This document shows positions 1 to 20,016 of a DNA stretch of 64,000 nt, piece after piece. A model generated the notes under the pieces. That model did not search any database and was not told the origin of the DNA. It saw nothing but the letters and a program-made list of their open reading frames with translations. The DNA lies in NCBI GenBank assembly GCA_051362555.1, contig CM120641.1:47746401-47810400 (forward strand), read 5' to 3'. Made by a program: the position numbers and the translations under genes. The DNA is from Lingula anatina. Taxonomy: Eukaryota; Animalia; Brachiopoda. The first letter of the stretch is position 1. The number at the start of each line of letters is the position of its first letter.

Positions 1-1569
1 GGGGCGCGGTGTAAGTTTACAGTCTACATGGTTCGTTTATTGTCAGGAGGAGCAGACGATAACGGAACGGAACGTGCCTTGGCTTTGGTAGACACCCGGA
101 GAAATTAAAACAATAAAAAATGCTTGAAATAGATTCCACAAATTAGTGTTAACACGTCGTACAAATGCAATATTCTTCAACATTGTTCTTTGCACGTGGC
201 TAATACGTGTAAAACCTATGATTATCTAACAATAAAAATTTGGCATTATCATATAATTGTAGCGGCGCCAGTGTAATTTAAACTTTGAATATGAGTCTTT
301 CTCGAGATAGTCGTTGAATCGAAAGTTGGATCAGGTGGGGTCTTCTTTCACAAGTCATCATTATCCGTTGAAAATAAATCAATTTTGAGTAAAAAAAAGG
401 TGCCATATTTCGGGGATCATTCTCACCGACTGCCTCCCTTAGTGGAGCCTCCAACGATTTCGATAGTTATTTCAATATGGCTTCGCTGCGTCAAAGTTGA
501 CGCGAGCTTGTGCGATCTTTGCCATTCTTGACGTCTGCCACCCCACGTCTTCTGCACCGAAAATATTGTTCAGTCACCCGGATGGAGACGCTTTTGGATA
601 GAGGTCACTTCATACAAAAGTCGGTTGCGTTAAAAAGTTAAGGGTTGATACAGATAAGACCGCCATGTCTTTATGATCTAGTCCTCACTGATGGCGCATA
701 AAACTACCGACAAAAAGGGGGGGGGGGGTGACAGGGGACATAATTTTTTTATCACTCGTTAAGAACCCGTTTATTAGAACACCACTAACATATCCCAAAA
801 GTGATGATTTAAAAATAGCTTATATGAGATCTGCAATTTGTTGTCAGGGATACACTTGCTTCCAAATATCTATAATTTATTCTCTGCGTTACGTTAGGAC
901 TTTCTGACGCTTTTTTATGCGTTTCATAACTTTCAGAGCACTTTTCCCTGATGTATTTAATACTAGCAATCTCTGGGATCCGTTAATGGATCTATCTCAG
1001 TATCACCTCGCGGAAATTAATACAAAGTAGCGCGATTACTTTATCGCATCACATTTCCATCAAATTCGAGGAAAAAGTCGTTTTCTTTTACTGTATTTAG
1101 ATTTTTGCATGTGGTTTGCTATTGTCAGAGGAAACAAGATTGCATTTAATGTTTATCTTCGAATAAACATAGCATGCTATAAAATATTGAAATAATATCT
1201 TCATCTAAACAAACCAGAAATCCATCAATACTGATTTACAATACAGAAGTCTACAATTACAGGCAGGAGAACTGCGCTGTCATTGCGGTTCATAAAAACA
1301 TGGAAATTCATCCAATTTTTTAAAATATCCATATTTACTCAAATGTGTTTTCACTGATACCATACTGAAACCTGCTTTGTCCAGCAGAGGGCAAACACAA
1401 GCTAAAGATTACTCATGTCAGACAGGCGTTAATTTTGACATTTTTTTTTTCTTTTTCATTGCGAATGGAATAGTTTTGCAATTGCTTCCTACAACCTACC
1501 TACTGCCTGTAAAACAGATAACAGGAAATAATGACTGATGTTGCATTACAGTAACAAGATCGGGTATGC

Positions 1570-2468
1570 ATTTCTTTATAAAATGTATTTTATTTCACAG
1601 TGAATCTGCTTCGCTTTGAACAAAGATAAATAGAGCAAACCCGCTCGTGATTGGAGAATGCTTTTACTGGGTAATAATAATTGGCGTGGATGTATTTTTT
1701 TTTTTTTTTTGAAATATTGAAACATATTTCAAAGAAAAGGATAGGGTGGAAGTTGAATCAAACTATATTATACTATATTCAACGCTTGTGTAAAGCACGG
1801 TGGCAAACTTTTTAAAGAAACAATCGGTCTAGGACCCAAATACCACTTACGCCAAGACAACTCATTTTTTTACCCGAGATAAATTAACAGTTCTCATGTA
1901 ATCATAATAGAATATAGAACAATATGCGTATATTTACAGCAACATATGTACAAGAAAATATTTTAATTGTAAATGCTCATGCACTAAAATAATGAAAAAT
2001 ACATATTGGCAACGAGTAGAAAAAAATCCCCACTATATATATATATATGCTATTCACAATAATTTGAAAGTGACATAAATACAAAACAAAAAGCTCTCTT
2101 CTTTTAGAAGAATATATATGTTAAAATATGTGCGGTCGAAACATCGGATAGATCTTTAGAAGTTGTCAAAATAGTTTTCATGTATTTCCCTCAGTGATTT
2201 TAGAAAATGGCAAATTATCCATGAGAAATTAAGCTATTTAACGAAATAAAGCATTTTATGGTTTTAACAGTAAATTCCTTTTAAGATTAGCTTAATATTC
2301 CAGTTTTTGTTTCCAGTCTTTTTAGATAAACTTTAAAATGCTCCTGGTTTGTTGTTCAAAGTCCTCCATGGCGGCATATTTCTATTTACGCCATTTTGCA
2401 CCATGACTTGCAGATATCCGACACGTACAACAACAGTCACGTTTCTAAAAATTACTTGAAAATACTGT
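1570..2468 (-). other. Probable Six3/6 3' UTR (3' end uncertain)
   Basis: AT-rich sequence after the stop. AATAAA on the minus strand at about 1588-1593; more distal candidates near 1145 (ATTAAA) and 876. Confidence 0.45.
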
Positions 2469-2697
2469 TTACGACGTCGATGACGACGGGGATGTAGCGT
2501 CTCTGACATCGTGTTGTGGGGAGTCTGGCAGTGGGGGCGGGGTCTCGGGGAGATCGGGCATCTCCGGCCCTCCCGGCGATATTGGCGGCGATGAGCATAA
2601 CGACTCTGACGTTGTGTCCGCTTTGTGGTCGTCGTAAAATTTTGTAGCACCTTCTACCGGCGAAGAAGCTCCCAGCCTACTGTGATGGTGCTGATAT
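2469..2697 (-). CDS. Six3/6: Six3/6 coding exon 2 (Ser/Pro-rich C-terminal tail, stop at 2469-2471)
   Basis: Acceptor TTTGGTATTTTCCAG|ATATCAG at 2698/2697. AG from exon 1 plus A gives Arg and continues in frame as YQHHHSRLG...SSPPISPGGPEMPDLPETPPP...SSSTS*. GC-rich island in AT-rich surroundings. The two-exon layout with an intron just after the homeodomain is typical of Six3/Six6. Confidence 0.85.
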
Positions 2698-10030
<7,333 letters not shown>

Positions 10031-10059
10031 CTATTATACTCGACTTTAGTCAGGCTAAA

Positions 10060-10250
10060 TACAGGGGCGGAGTCTCCCAACACAGTGAGGTGTCACTCCA
10101 ATCTGGATCTCATCTTCTAATCTCTAGCTTATTTATCAACTTTGGTGTATTGTTAATCTCGCTGCGCTCCCATTGGCTGAGCGCCTCACCTTTGACCCGT
10201 TGGCATAGCGACGCTGTCAATCAGCGATCGAACCCTGCCAATCACAAAGC
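10060..10250 (-). promoter_or_regulatory. Six3/6 proximal promoter region
   Basis: 70-260 nt upstream of the ATG: GC box GGGGCGGAG (~10064), CCAAT boxes (10098, 10172 reverse, 10238), PBX-MEIS/PREP decamer TGATTGACAG (10214-10223, minus), nuclear-receptor DR1-like GGGTCAAAGGTGA (10186-10198, minus). Confidence 0.7.
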
Positions 10251-10977
10251 TTAGCGTATACATACTGTGGATTAGAGGATAAGATTTACCTTTTTGCTAA
10301 AATATTTGCATTCCTACTGTTACAAGTGCGTTGTCGCAATAATTTAGTCTAAATGGGTAGAGACCACAGTGGAGACAAGTTAGAGTAATGCAGTTTTTAT
10401 AAATGAAAATCAATGTGTACGTATGCAAAGATCTGTTTTGTAATAAGAAAAATGAATTGGAATACGTAGAATAAACCGACTGGTAGATGGTAAAGCCGGG
10501 CTGTGCTTGTGGCGCACTGGGTACGTTAGACTCCAACTGATTGAAATCAAAATGACAGAAAACCCAGCTAACTCCCGCGAGAAGACCAAGTAGAGCCAAA
10601 CTTGAAGGAATGAATCGATTTGGGATTTGACATGCGTAATAATTACAGACGTAGGGATGGGGTTTCTTTGCTTGTGTTTTTTTTTTATGCTACAAATGAA
10701 AATATTACCGGGATTTACAGATCTGGAATACCAACGCTTGAATTAAAATGAGGATGGAAAATAAAGTTTTGACGAAGGATCTTACCAATAATAAATTTTA
10801 TCATAAAAAGGTAAATTTTCCTCCATCATTTTTTATATCTAAACATTTTAGAGAAGCGCGAAGAGCTGTTATATTTCAGTAATTCACCACATTTAGAACA
10901 TACGCATGGGTTCTTTATTTGTCTTTGAAGTACATATTCACCCTGCAGTTCGGACCGGAATGATCTTCACTCTCAAG

Positions 10978-11162
10978 CAATCTTATTTTTTAATTTTTGT
11001 AATATACGTTTCTTTGCACTGTTCTCTTCAACAAGCACGTCAAATCCGATCATTCCCAATCTTGTTAAATTTTACACATTTTTGTAAAATGCGTTTCTTT
11101 GCATTGTTCTCTGACACAAGCACTTTAAATCCGATCATATTAAAATAATTTCCAATCTTGTT
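10978..11162. repeat. ~85-bp local tandem duplication
   Basis: CGTTTCTTTGCA.TGTTCTCT...ACAAGCAC...AAATCCGATCAT...CCAATCTTGTT at about 11007 and 11092. Confidence 0.8.
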
Positions 11163-14100
11163 TGTATCTTAATTATCTAAGATAAATCGCCCCTATAGAA
11201 ATTTCATTATATCAATTTCAAACAAGTATTTAACAAATCACACTACTAGTTTTTGTTCTTTCCTTAACTTTGTCACCGATACACCTGATAGAAAACAAAC
11301 ATGTCAACGAGTTCACCGAGATAATATCTAATCTTTCTCTTGGTGCTACACTTACGTGTGACTAATTCTACGTAATACATGCTCTAATGCCATCCCGCAT
11401 TGTGCTCTTCCCCCACCCTCCCTCTTCCCCCTCCCACCTGTAATGACCCTCGTTTATCTTCAATTGTATCATCATTAACATCTCGAAGATAATCAACGTA
11501 TTCCGGCTCTCAGATTACAGGTTGAAAGTTGACCAAACTTTGGCAGGTAGTTGAACCGGCGTTACTGGGCCGGGGGGTAGAGACCAATTGACACCTTAAT
11601 TAAATTTCCGTGGAATTACACTGGGCTCTATTCAGATGCCACGCGCTTCACGAATACGGGATGACCATCTCGTTAAGAGGCACAGACAGCTCTTTAAGTA
11701 TCATCTTTCGTGAAATGCTGTACCGATGACACCAAGAAGATTTGACTCGCATTCATGGCTACTGAACAGTTTTCCATCTTCTTCAACTTTTATTACACAT
11801 GGTTACGCGGTGAAAGAGACATAGCCGATAATGGTATATGATAACAGTGTTCTTTGGACGTGGATACTACAATATGCTTTGAATGCGCCATGATGATATC
11901 TTCTCTCTCTTTCTCTCTCCCCCTTCACCTTTACATATCATTGTATAGAAAAGCGATTCTCGACAGGAAATTACCCATGATCTTTGTCTGATGGTTTAAG
12001 ATTATTGACAAGATAGACATAAATATATATATTAATATAGACAATTTATGGAACTCCTATAGTTCATTTCACGTGGAATTAATTTTTGTACAATGCCGCG
12101 TTAATAATTGAGTTGACGTAAGTTTTGTAAAATGTTACCAGACCAAATTATTATATCCTGTCTCGGCATTTATACCCCAATGACAATTAATTTGGCTTTT
12201 AATGTCATTTTATCAGATTTGTTTTAAACAAACAAATAAGAATATTAATAGACATAACTATGAGAAGCCTTGTTTTTGCCGTTATTGCACCTTTTTTTTC
12301 TGCATTTGGACATTTTTTGAAATTTGAATTTTAAATTCATCAGAAACAATCCCCGATTGTTTTTCCTAATGTGTTTTTATATTTAGAAATGTTACCTGAA
12401 AATTTATTCATAACCCTTTTATTTCATTCAATTATTATTGCAATATTATATCATAAACACAAAAAAATCAATAAATTCATAACGGGCCAGTATGTGATGG
12501 CATTTAGACAAAACTTTTGAGTAGGAAAATGTATGAACATATTTTGTCCTAGTAGGAATCTATCTGCTAGTTCCTGGTAAACGAGTCCGTGGAAATGAAG
12601 CGCTTGGTTTCTGAGAATGTACAATTGGTAATTGTGTTTTTGACATTTTAAACAGGAAAACAGAATAAAATGAAAGCTCCTTCATTCAATGTATTTGAAT
12701 ACCCCGTCCTCTGAACAACCGTCTACAAACAGGACTGTACATAACTAAAGCTCCCCCCATCACCGGTCTGCCTTGGTCTAACTAGGCCCAATTTATGATT
12801 AAAGAAAGTCTATAGGGCTTTGTTTGTAACTGTAATTTTGTTTTTTTTTTTACTCTTGCTTCTGTGCGTCGGATGCTCGAGAGAACACAATTGTGCTGCA
12901 TCTGATCTGCAATGAAAACTTTCAATTTTGACTAACACTTCAATCAATTTATGGTATAGTATTTTTGGTAATGGATTCACCTGTTTTGAATGCAGTGCGA
13001 TGTTGTCAATCATATACATGTATAATTTACCTCTTGCGTATAAATGTCGTAAATGGTAGTGGAAAATATTTCTTTTATCATCATTACCGTCATAAGCGTT
13101 TTTTGACAAACTGTGTTAATGTTTGGATATCCCGGTGCTAATTTTATAGTTATGATCCAGTTATGAAATGCCTACTTCAGGTTCACGTAAAACGAAATTG
13201 CCAGAAATGAACGTAGATGTTCGCTTGGTGTAAGCCATCGGAATAATATTGTTCTCTTTAAAACGCATGTTTGTAGATTTAATTTGTGTTTTGAAGTGGT
13301 AATCGGTAAGCACTGTAAAATTGTTGAATTGTAATGTAGCCTAGAATAAGTATAAATAGCTTGGTGGACATCATTATCCGGTATTTCATGGTGTTATTAT
13401 TGACTTGAAAGAATTATCCAGAGTCAATGGACGCAAATCTGATTATTAAAATGCGTAACCGTACATAGCAACGTTTGATATCCAAGATACATTTACGTGA
13501 CACGCACACTATTGCCAAGAACTGTAGCAACAGAGTGAAAGGATTACACGATCTCGCTTGTTGGAAATGTCATATTCAGCATTATATTGACACGCCTTGT
13601 CACCACCTTAATTTAACAATATGACAGATGTTATATACTCTGTTAATATACGATTTATTTTTCAGTGTTCCGGATTTTTAATCCAGGAACCGAAGGAACG
13701 CCCAAGAGTGGAAAAAAGAAAACGATTAATTATTATAATCATGATGCTTGTTACGCTAAGAAATTGCGTTTAATATAAACTGATATTTATTGATCAGTTA
13801 TTCTACTTTTTCACGGTTTGGGGTGAAAATGTCAGAAGTTGGATAGAATTAACACGAATCAACATCGTCACGGAATTGATTTGGGCATTTCTTTTCGTTT
13901 TAAATGGTTTTATAGCTATCGTGTGCTAGCCTATCTGAGATTAAATCTATGAGCTAAATAAAAATATTAGTTGAAATATAATTGCTGTATAACCTTAGCA
14001 GAATCATAACAGAAATATTTTATTATACTTTTCCTTTTAGGTTGTTTCAGAAAAAAAGCGTCTGACACATATTTACATATGTAATCTCAAATACATAATG

Positions 14101-16533
14101 TATTGATTCAAGATTTGTTACACGAAGGATAACATCCAGTGACGGAGTCGGTTTCTTGGTTTGTTCGCTATATTAATCGGCCTATAACAGTAGGAAACAA
14201 ATAATTTTGCAACTTTCCATTTATCGTCAATAGCAGATAGCAGTCAATAAAGGAACTCGACACTAGACGCAGTAGAGGCCTAATGGGAATTCTCTCTTTA
14301 TATTGGTTAAGGTGTTCGTACCAAGTTTTAACACACTGATTACATATCAGAGTCACTCAGTGTAAGTTCGTAAGTCTCCATGAGTTGACATTATGCACTG
14401 TCTGGAAAAAACATACTAGAACTTGACAAAATTATATAATCATGGTAAAAAGTATGAATCATTTTTTTCAGCTTCATTAATTTTTAGGCGTTCAAGATAT
14501 CAGGTGATCAGAAAATTCTTCCTTTTCTCTCCTGTCTATTATAAAGCATTAGTCATACGACCGCAGGTTGCATTTCTTTATGCCAGAAAGCCAGTTTCTC
14601 AGCCAGATTTTCTATCCTTTTAGATAAAAAAAGTAATTTAGAAAATGTACTTACTTGAGAAATACACTTGAACAAGACGCACTGAGTCTTAAAAATCAGC
14701 ACACGGTCCAAGATTACAGCGTCTGAATTATACAATATCAACAGCTGTGAAGGTCAGATTTGTGCATTAGAGTTTGGTGGCACCGGGTTTACAAACAAAC
14801 AGGCCGCCATATCTCTCAGACGCTCACCGTTCAACGAACATGCGATTAAAACACATGTGAAACAGCGCGAAAAACAAAAGACCTGGAAGGGATTGGAAGG
14901 GTCGTCTTCCAGGCCCGCGTCTGTTACTGTCCGCTACACACCTAAAATCGCCTTGTAGTGGACTCACTGACCGCCCGATATGCTGTAACCAGTGCAGCCA
15001 GCTCAAATCAACTACAAGCATCTTCCTCATGTTTGCTTATTATTCGCTTATTCGCTTTAATTTTATTTGTTATTATATTGTTTATAACATACTTAATATC
15101 CAATCGACCTATTTGGAGAATTATACGATGCCAGAGACCCTGCCCAACGTCAAATTAAACGAAATACTTTCAGTTCATGTGATATTAAGATCATTCGTCC
15201 TAAGCTTAGGGCAGTTTTTGACACTGTTTAATATATATATTATAGACGATGTTATGTTTCACATAAACGTTATGGCATATAAGGACTATAAGATAAACCA
15301 AAAATAAAACAACTCATTTCAGATAACGACTGAAGAGGACCTTTTACTTTAAAAGTGCAGCCACTGAACACTTTTTCCGTGAATTGCACCGAAACATTTC
15401 TTGGACTTTGTTTAATTTTAATTTTAAAAAACACTTCATTCAAAACACTGACTCTGTAATAGTTTTTCAGGGAAAGTTACACCGCCATTGTGGAATTTCC
15501 TGACGGGACTGCTAACAAGGATTTTATCAAACGAGATTCGAAAAGGCGGGAAAGGTCATGTCGTCTGCCAAGTGCTCCTGATGCTTCCATTCTAGAAAAT
15601 CTGGATTGTTCAATCGGGTGAAAACCGCTTGCAGCCAAACAGTAATGCGAGGAACTTGGTGGCAAGAAATAATGAAGGAAAGTAGAGGAAATAGCTTCTC
15701 GGGCGAAATGTATCCGAAGGGATCATGTCTTTTAGGATTCCCTGCCACATGAGCAATATGAACACGAACGACTAAGCACTGCGCTTGCTCTTGTGTTTTT
15801 AATTCTTCCAGGCCGGTAGTTTTAGAAAAGAACAGAAAAGGTGCATATCAAGCCATTAATAAAACTTTTAACGTGTTTTGGTCAGGCGCTCTCTTCCTGT
15901 TCAACAAAGTTTTTGTTATTGAGATGATATGACACCCAAACTTTCCTCACGCAGACTCCAGATGAGCAACAAACTGTACAACGTTGGACACGTAGAAAGT
16001 CTACCCTGATCACAGAATTGCCAGAGAACCAGGCCATAGAAGAGACAAATATTCCGTATACTGTTTGAAGATGCTACCACCACAAGTTCGTACAGGAGTT
16101 GCTTGCTGTTTCTGGTCGTCTCCACGCTCTTTGGCCACAGTGTAGACACACATGGAGAGCCTGGAACGCCAAACGACTCCTTAAACCATGAAGGTTTTCC
16201 ATAGATAAATATCTCTATGGCAATAAACACTAATCTAAAATAAAGCACAGGTTTTTTTTACACCGTAACGTGTTGTTATGGTTTTGTTTATTCAAATATC
16301 ATATTTCTGTTAATCTCGTATACCTATGACACCTCGGGCACCTTGCTGCAAAACGCGTTTCATCAATTTCCTCGAATTAGCATGAAATCTGTCGATCTGT
16401 CAAATTGGGGTTCAACAATCTGGCTTCCAACAGAGAGTGTATACTCTGGAAATGGCTTGCTAATTGTTGGGAGGTGCTTTACACGTGGGGTGTAGATTGG
16501 GCAGGGATAGAGGTGATGCCTTCTGGTGGCTGC

Positions 16534-16534
<1 letters not shown>

Positions 16535-16568
<34 letters not shown>
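16535..16568. repeat. (TC)n microsatellite
   Basis: Perfect TC run. Confidence 0.95.
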
Positions 16569-16571
<3 letters not shown>

Positions 16572-17931
16572 AATGTTTTTGGGAATAAGATGACGAAAAT
16601 GGCTTCTTTTAGGAGTTTAAGATTGCTAACACCAAAAAAGTGCAGTCGGTACATTATAGGCCTCACGATATCAATGATACACAATGATACAGGGAACCCT
16701 CAACACCCTCGCCTCCCAGATGTGCCTCCTCAGTATCGAGTTAGGACGATCCAAGCATCATGCCGCGGTACAAAGTGATATATATCTCCAAACTTCATTG
16801 CGTTACAGCACATTACGAAGCATTCTTCCGACACTTGGCACTTGGCATCTCCCAGTGTATGTGAAAACAAGCAGAGGAACTATATGGGGAACAGAAACAC
16901 ACGTGCTAGACCACAGGATAATATACACGCTGATATGAGCGCAGCCTCATCCTATTACGTCTTGTATATTCTTGTTGATAGAAGTGGCATGAATGGTGAA
17001 GTCATTAAGTCATTTTGAAACTATTCGTTTTAGATACAGGTGACTTTAAAAACCACTGGGTGTCTTGAATCAAGACCTACTTTCTTAATAAGATTGAAAG
17101 CGTTACGCAACTATTAAGGTTACCAGAAGTATCAAATATGAATAATGCTTATTAGTATAAATAGTTCATACATACTCTAAAAAGTTAAATAAGACCTGTA
17201 ACACACTGAATTTGTATCTCAACATTAGACACAATGTTTTGAAATTACTTTAAGCACACATTTTTTTTAGTGAATTGCGTTATTTTGTCTGATGCCATTC
17301 AGAAACTTTGTATGAAGAAAAATGTGGAGCGTCGTCAGTAGGATGTGATAGATGCCAATTTATTCCTGATGACATGAAAGTATTTCTAAATCTATGTATA
17401 ATCTTCAGAGGATGATATGACCAGTCAGTTTAATCTATGTTAGAATCGCCTTTGACAAGATAAATGACAAAATCGGTCGGCTTTACGGAAAAACCGTTTG
17501 AAATCAAAATCAAAAATTGTGGAAAAGCGCAATCAGCATCTCAACTAGGGCACTGTAACAAAATCTGCGTGACATACTGGTGACGACAGGTGTCAGATTG
17601 TGCTTGTTGTGACCAGTTGTCGCTCATCCGGAATTGTGCTTCGACTCATCCAAAACTATCTGGTTCGAGCGTTGTCCGATAGATGGCACTAAGAGAGTTG
17701 CAGAATCTAGTAAAAATAAAAAAATAAAATAAACAAATTAATATAATTAAAAGTGTCAAAGTTTTTCAACCTGGACCTACTTAATTGATTGGTCATGCCT
17801 TCCATAATTTGTGCCGTAAGACAATTGCCAAAAAATATTTTTTCAATTTGCCAAATATTCAGGCCATGCCATTGCCAAAACAAATTTAATAGAACACGTA
17901 TAGCTAACATACAAATTGCCCTTTCCCATAG

Positions 17932-17934
<3 letters not shown>

Positions 17935-17992
<58 letters not shown>
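17935..17992. repeat. (TAA)n microsatellite
   Basis: Perfect TAA run. Confidence 0.95.
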
Positions 17993-17993
<1 letters not shown>

Positions 17994-18780
17994 TACACAT
18001 GCACACAAAGTTTCCGATTTTATCCAAAACAGGTGAGACATGAATGGTAGTCCTAGGAATGGGTCCTATATGTTTAGTACAGGTTAGGGTTAGTTGGAGT
18101 ATTGGGGTTAGTTAGTATATGGGACACATGTCACCTGTACAAAGTAATACAAAGTAATGGGAAACAGACTACGGTTTCTAGCAGACTATCATTGCTGTCA
18201 CAACGAAACTTTGGGTCTTCGCACTTCCCAATGAAATTCCATCTGTTTCTTAATATTCGAGTTTTTTTTTCGTCAGAGAGTGATGAATATCATTTTTTTA
18301 CGGATCGACCGAAGGGAAATAATAAAAATGCAAGTCTTTTTGGTGAGAATAACTTGATTTTAGCCATTCAAGCTATCTACCATCAAACCTGCCGCCTGAA
18401 GTATGCTCTAACCACTTATTAAATCTACCATAAAACGAGGAAATTTCCGAGAGAATTAATTTGCAAATGTCGCAAAATTGAAATCCGCATATATTGGTGG
18501 TTAGCCTTTGATGGGAGCCCATGCAGTTTCTACGTAATTCTAGGCCATCTCTAGTCTGATTTGCTTTTGAATAACTAAAGTGGAAAATAATAGAGTACAT
18601 TACTTGTTTATTTACCGAGGTTGGTGAACATGGCCAAAAATAGAGACAGGTAATTGTGTGTGTACGTGCAATAACTAAGTAAAAGCCAGACCTGGTGACA
18701 TCCAAGATATCGAGGGTAGACGAACTATTACCTCCACCAGTACTGAAGTGATCTCAGTTGTATGTCGACTCCCACGCCCC

Positions 18781-18912
18781 TCTCTCTCTTTCTCTCTCTC
18801 TTTCTCTCGCTCGCTCGCTCTCACACACGCATGCACACGAACACACACAAGGACGCACACAATTACACGCTGGCATGCACACAAACACACGCGCACGCAC
18901 ACACACGCACAC
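18781..18912. repeat. Compound degenerate (TC)n/(CA)n microsatellite
   Basis: TC-rich then CA/CG-rich dinucleotide tract. Confidence 0.85.
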
Positions 18913-19973
18913 AACTTATGTACTGCCACATGGTGACTTATAAGCTATCTGAAATATGTGCACAGAGCTGGGATGCCGAGTCAATGATAGATCAATGCGG
19001 TTGTCTAGTGAGAGCACTGAGATCGTGTATAGGCGCACCTTACGTATGCCAAGAGTTATATGTCAGCAACCAGAATAAAACAGATTATCATTATTCTAAA
19101 AGTTCTACAGGGTGAAAAAGGAGCCAAAATATAAATATGTATTTGTTATATGGCTAAATGAGTAGTCTAACTGGCTAAATGTTTGCTTGTAAGTGCGGTT
19201 TCCCTGGAGAACGCTCCCCCAATTTGGCATTGTTATGCAGACACCCGTAACGGGTTGCACGGCGTGTGATCGCGGTAACTAGAGTGAGGATTAAACCACG
19301 TAGACAGACTGAGCAGCGGTGATTACGTCACCACGACTTTAATTTTGATTAGTGTTAAATTGTAATAGAAAAAAAAACAGGTAAATGTGTCCTATCTTAC
19401 GTTCTTGCTTGTCCAATAAAAACGTGATTGGAATGAGTGTAGTTTGCTTCTAACATTAACATTTTTAATAGTCTACAAATCCCGTTGATAAATGATTTGA
19501 TATAGACTTTCCATCTCTGTTTTTAATAATCAGCCAGCTTAATTTTAGAATAAAATCTTTGTTATGCATAAATGACATAATTGTCAACACTCTGTCACTT
19601 GATGTTGTCGTTGTTACTAATGTTACAGTTAGCCACTTAAGACTACTCATAAAAATTGAACAGAAAATCAGGAACAAAAACCAGTCATCTATTTACAATA
19701 TATTTTGTTATTCCTTGCTTTCCTTGTTGATCTTTGCTTGTGTGTTGTAATTGCACGCATTTCTGTAGAACGCAATCTTTTGACCTTTTCGCAGAAGTGG
19801 AGAACGCTGTCCTTCCACCACAGAAACATTTAAAGAACCACTCACCACAGGGGGGGGGGTACGCGGTTGAAGTATCGAATTCACTACTTTTGTGCACTTT
19901 TTAAAGTAGACCACGCTGTAGCAAACACTGAAATGAGACCAATCGATGTTTCCTGTGCGACTATACTCTCGAC

Positions 19974-19975
<2 letters not shown>

Positions 19976-20008
<33 letters not shown>

Positions 20009-20016
20009 AGGGGGGG
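19976..20016. repeat. Poly-G tract
   Basis: About 32 consecutive G plus a further G run. Confidence 0.9.

Noticed and set aside
2333-2650. 105-aa Arg-rich ORF
   Set aside because: Alternative frame of Six3/6 exon 2; splice phase selects the frame ending at 2469.
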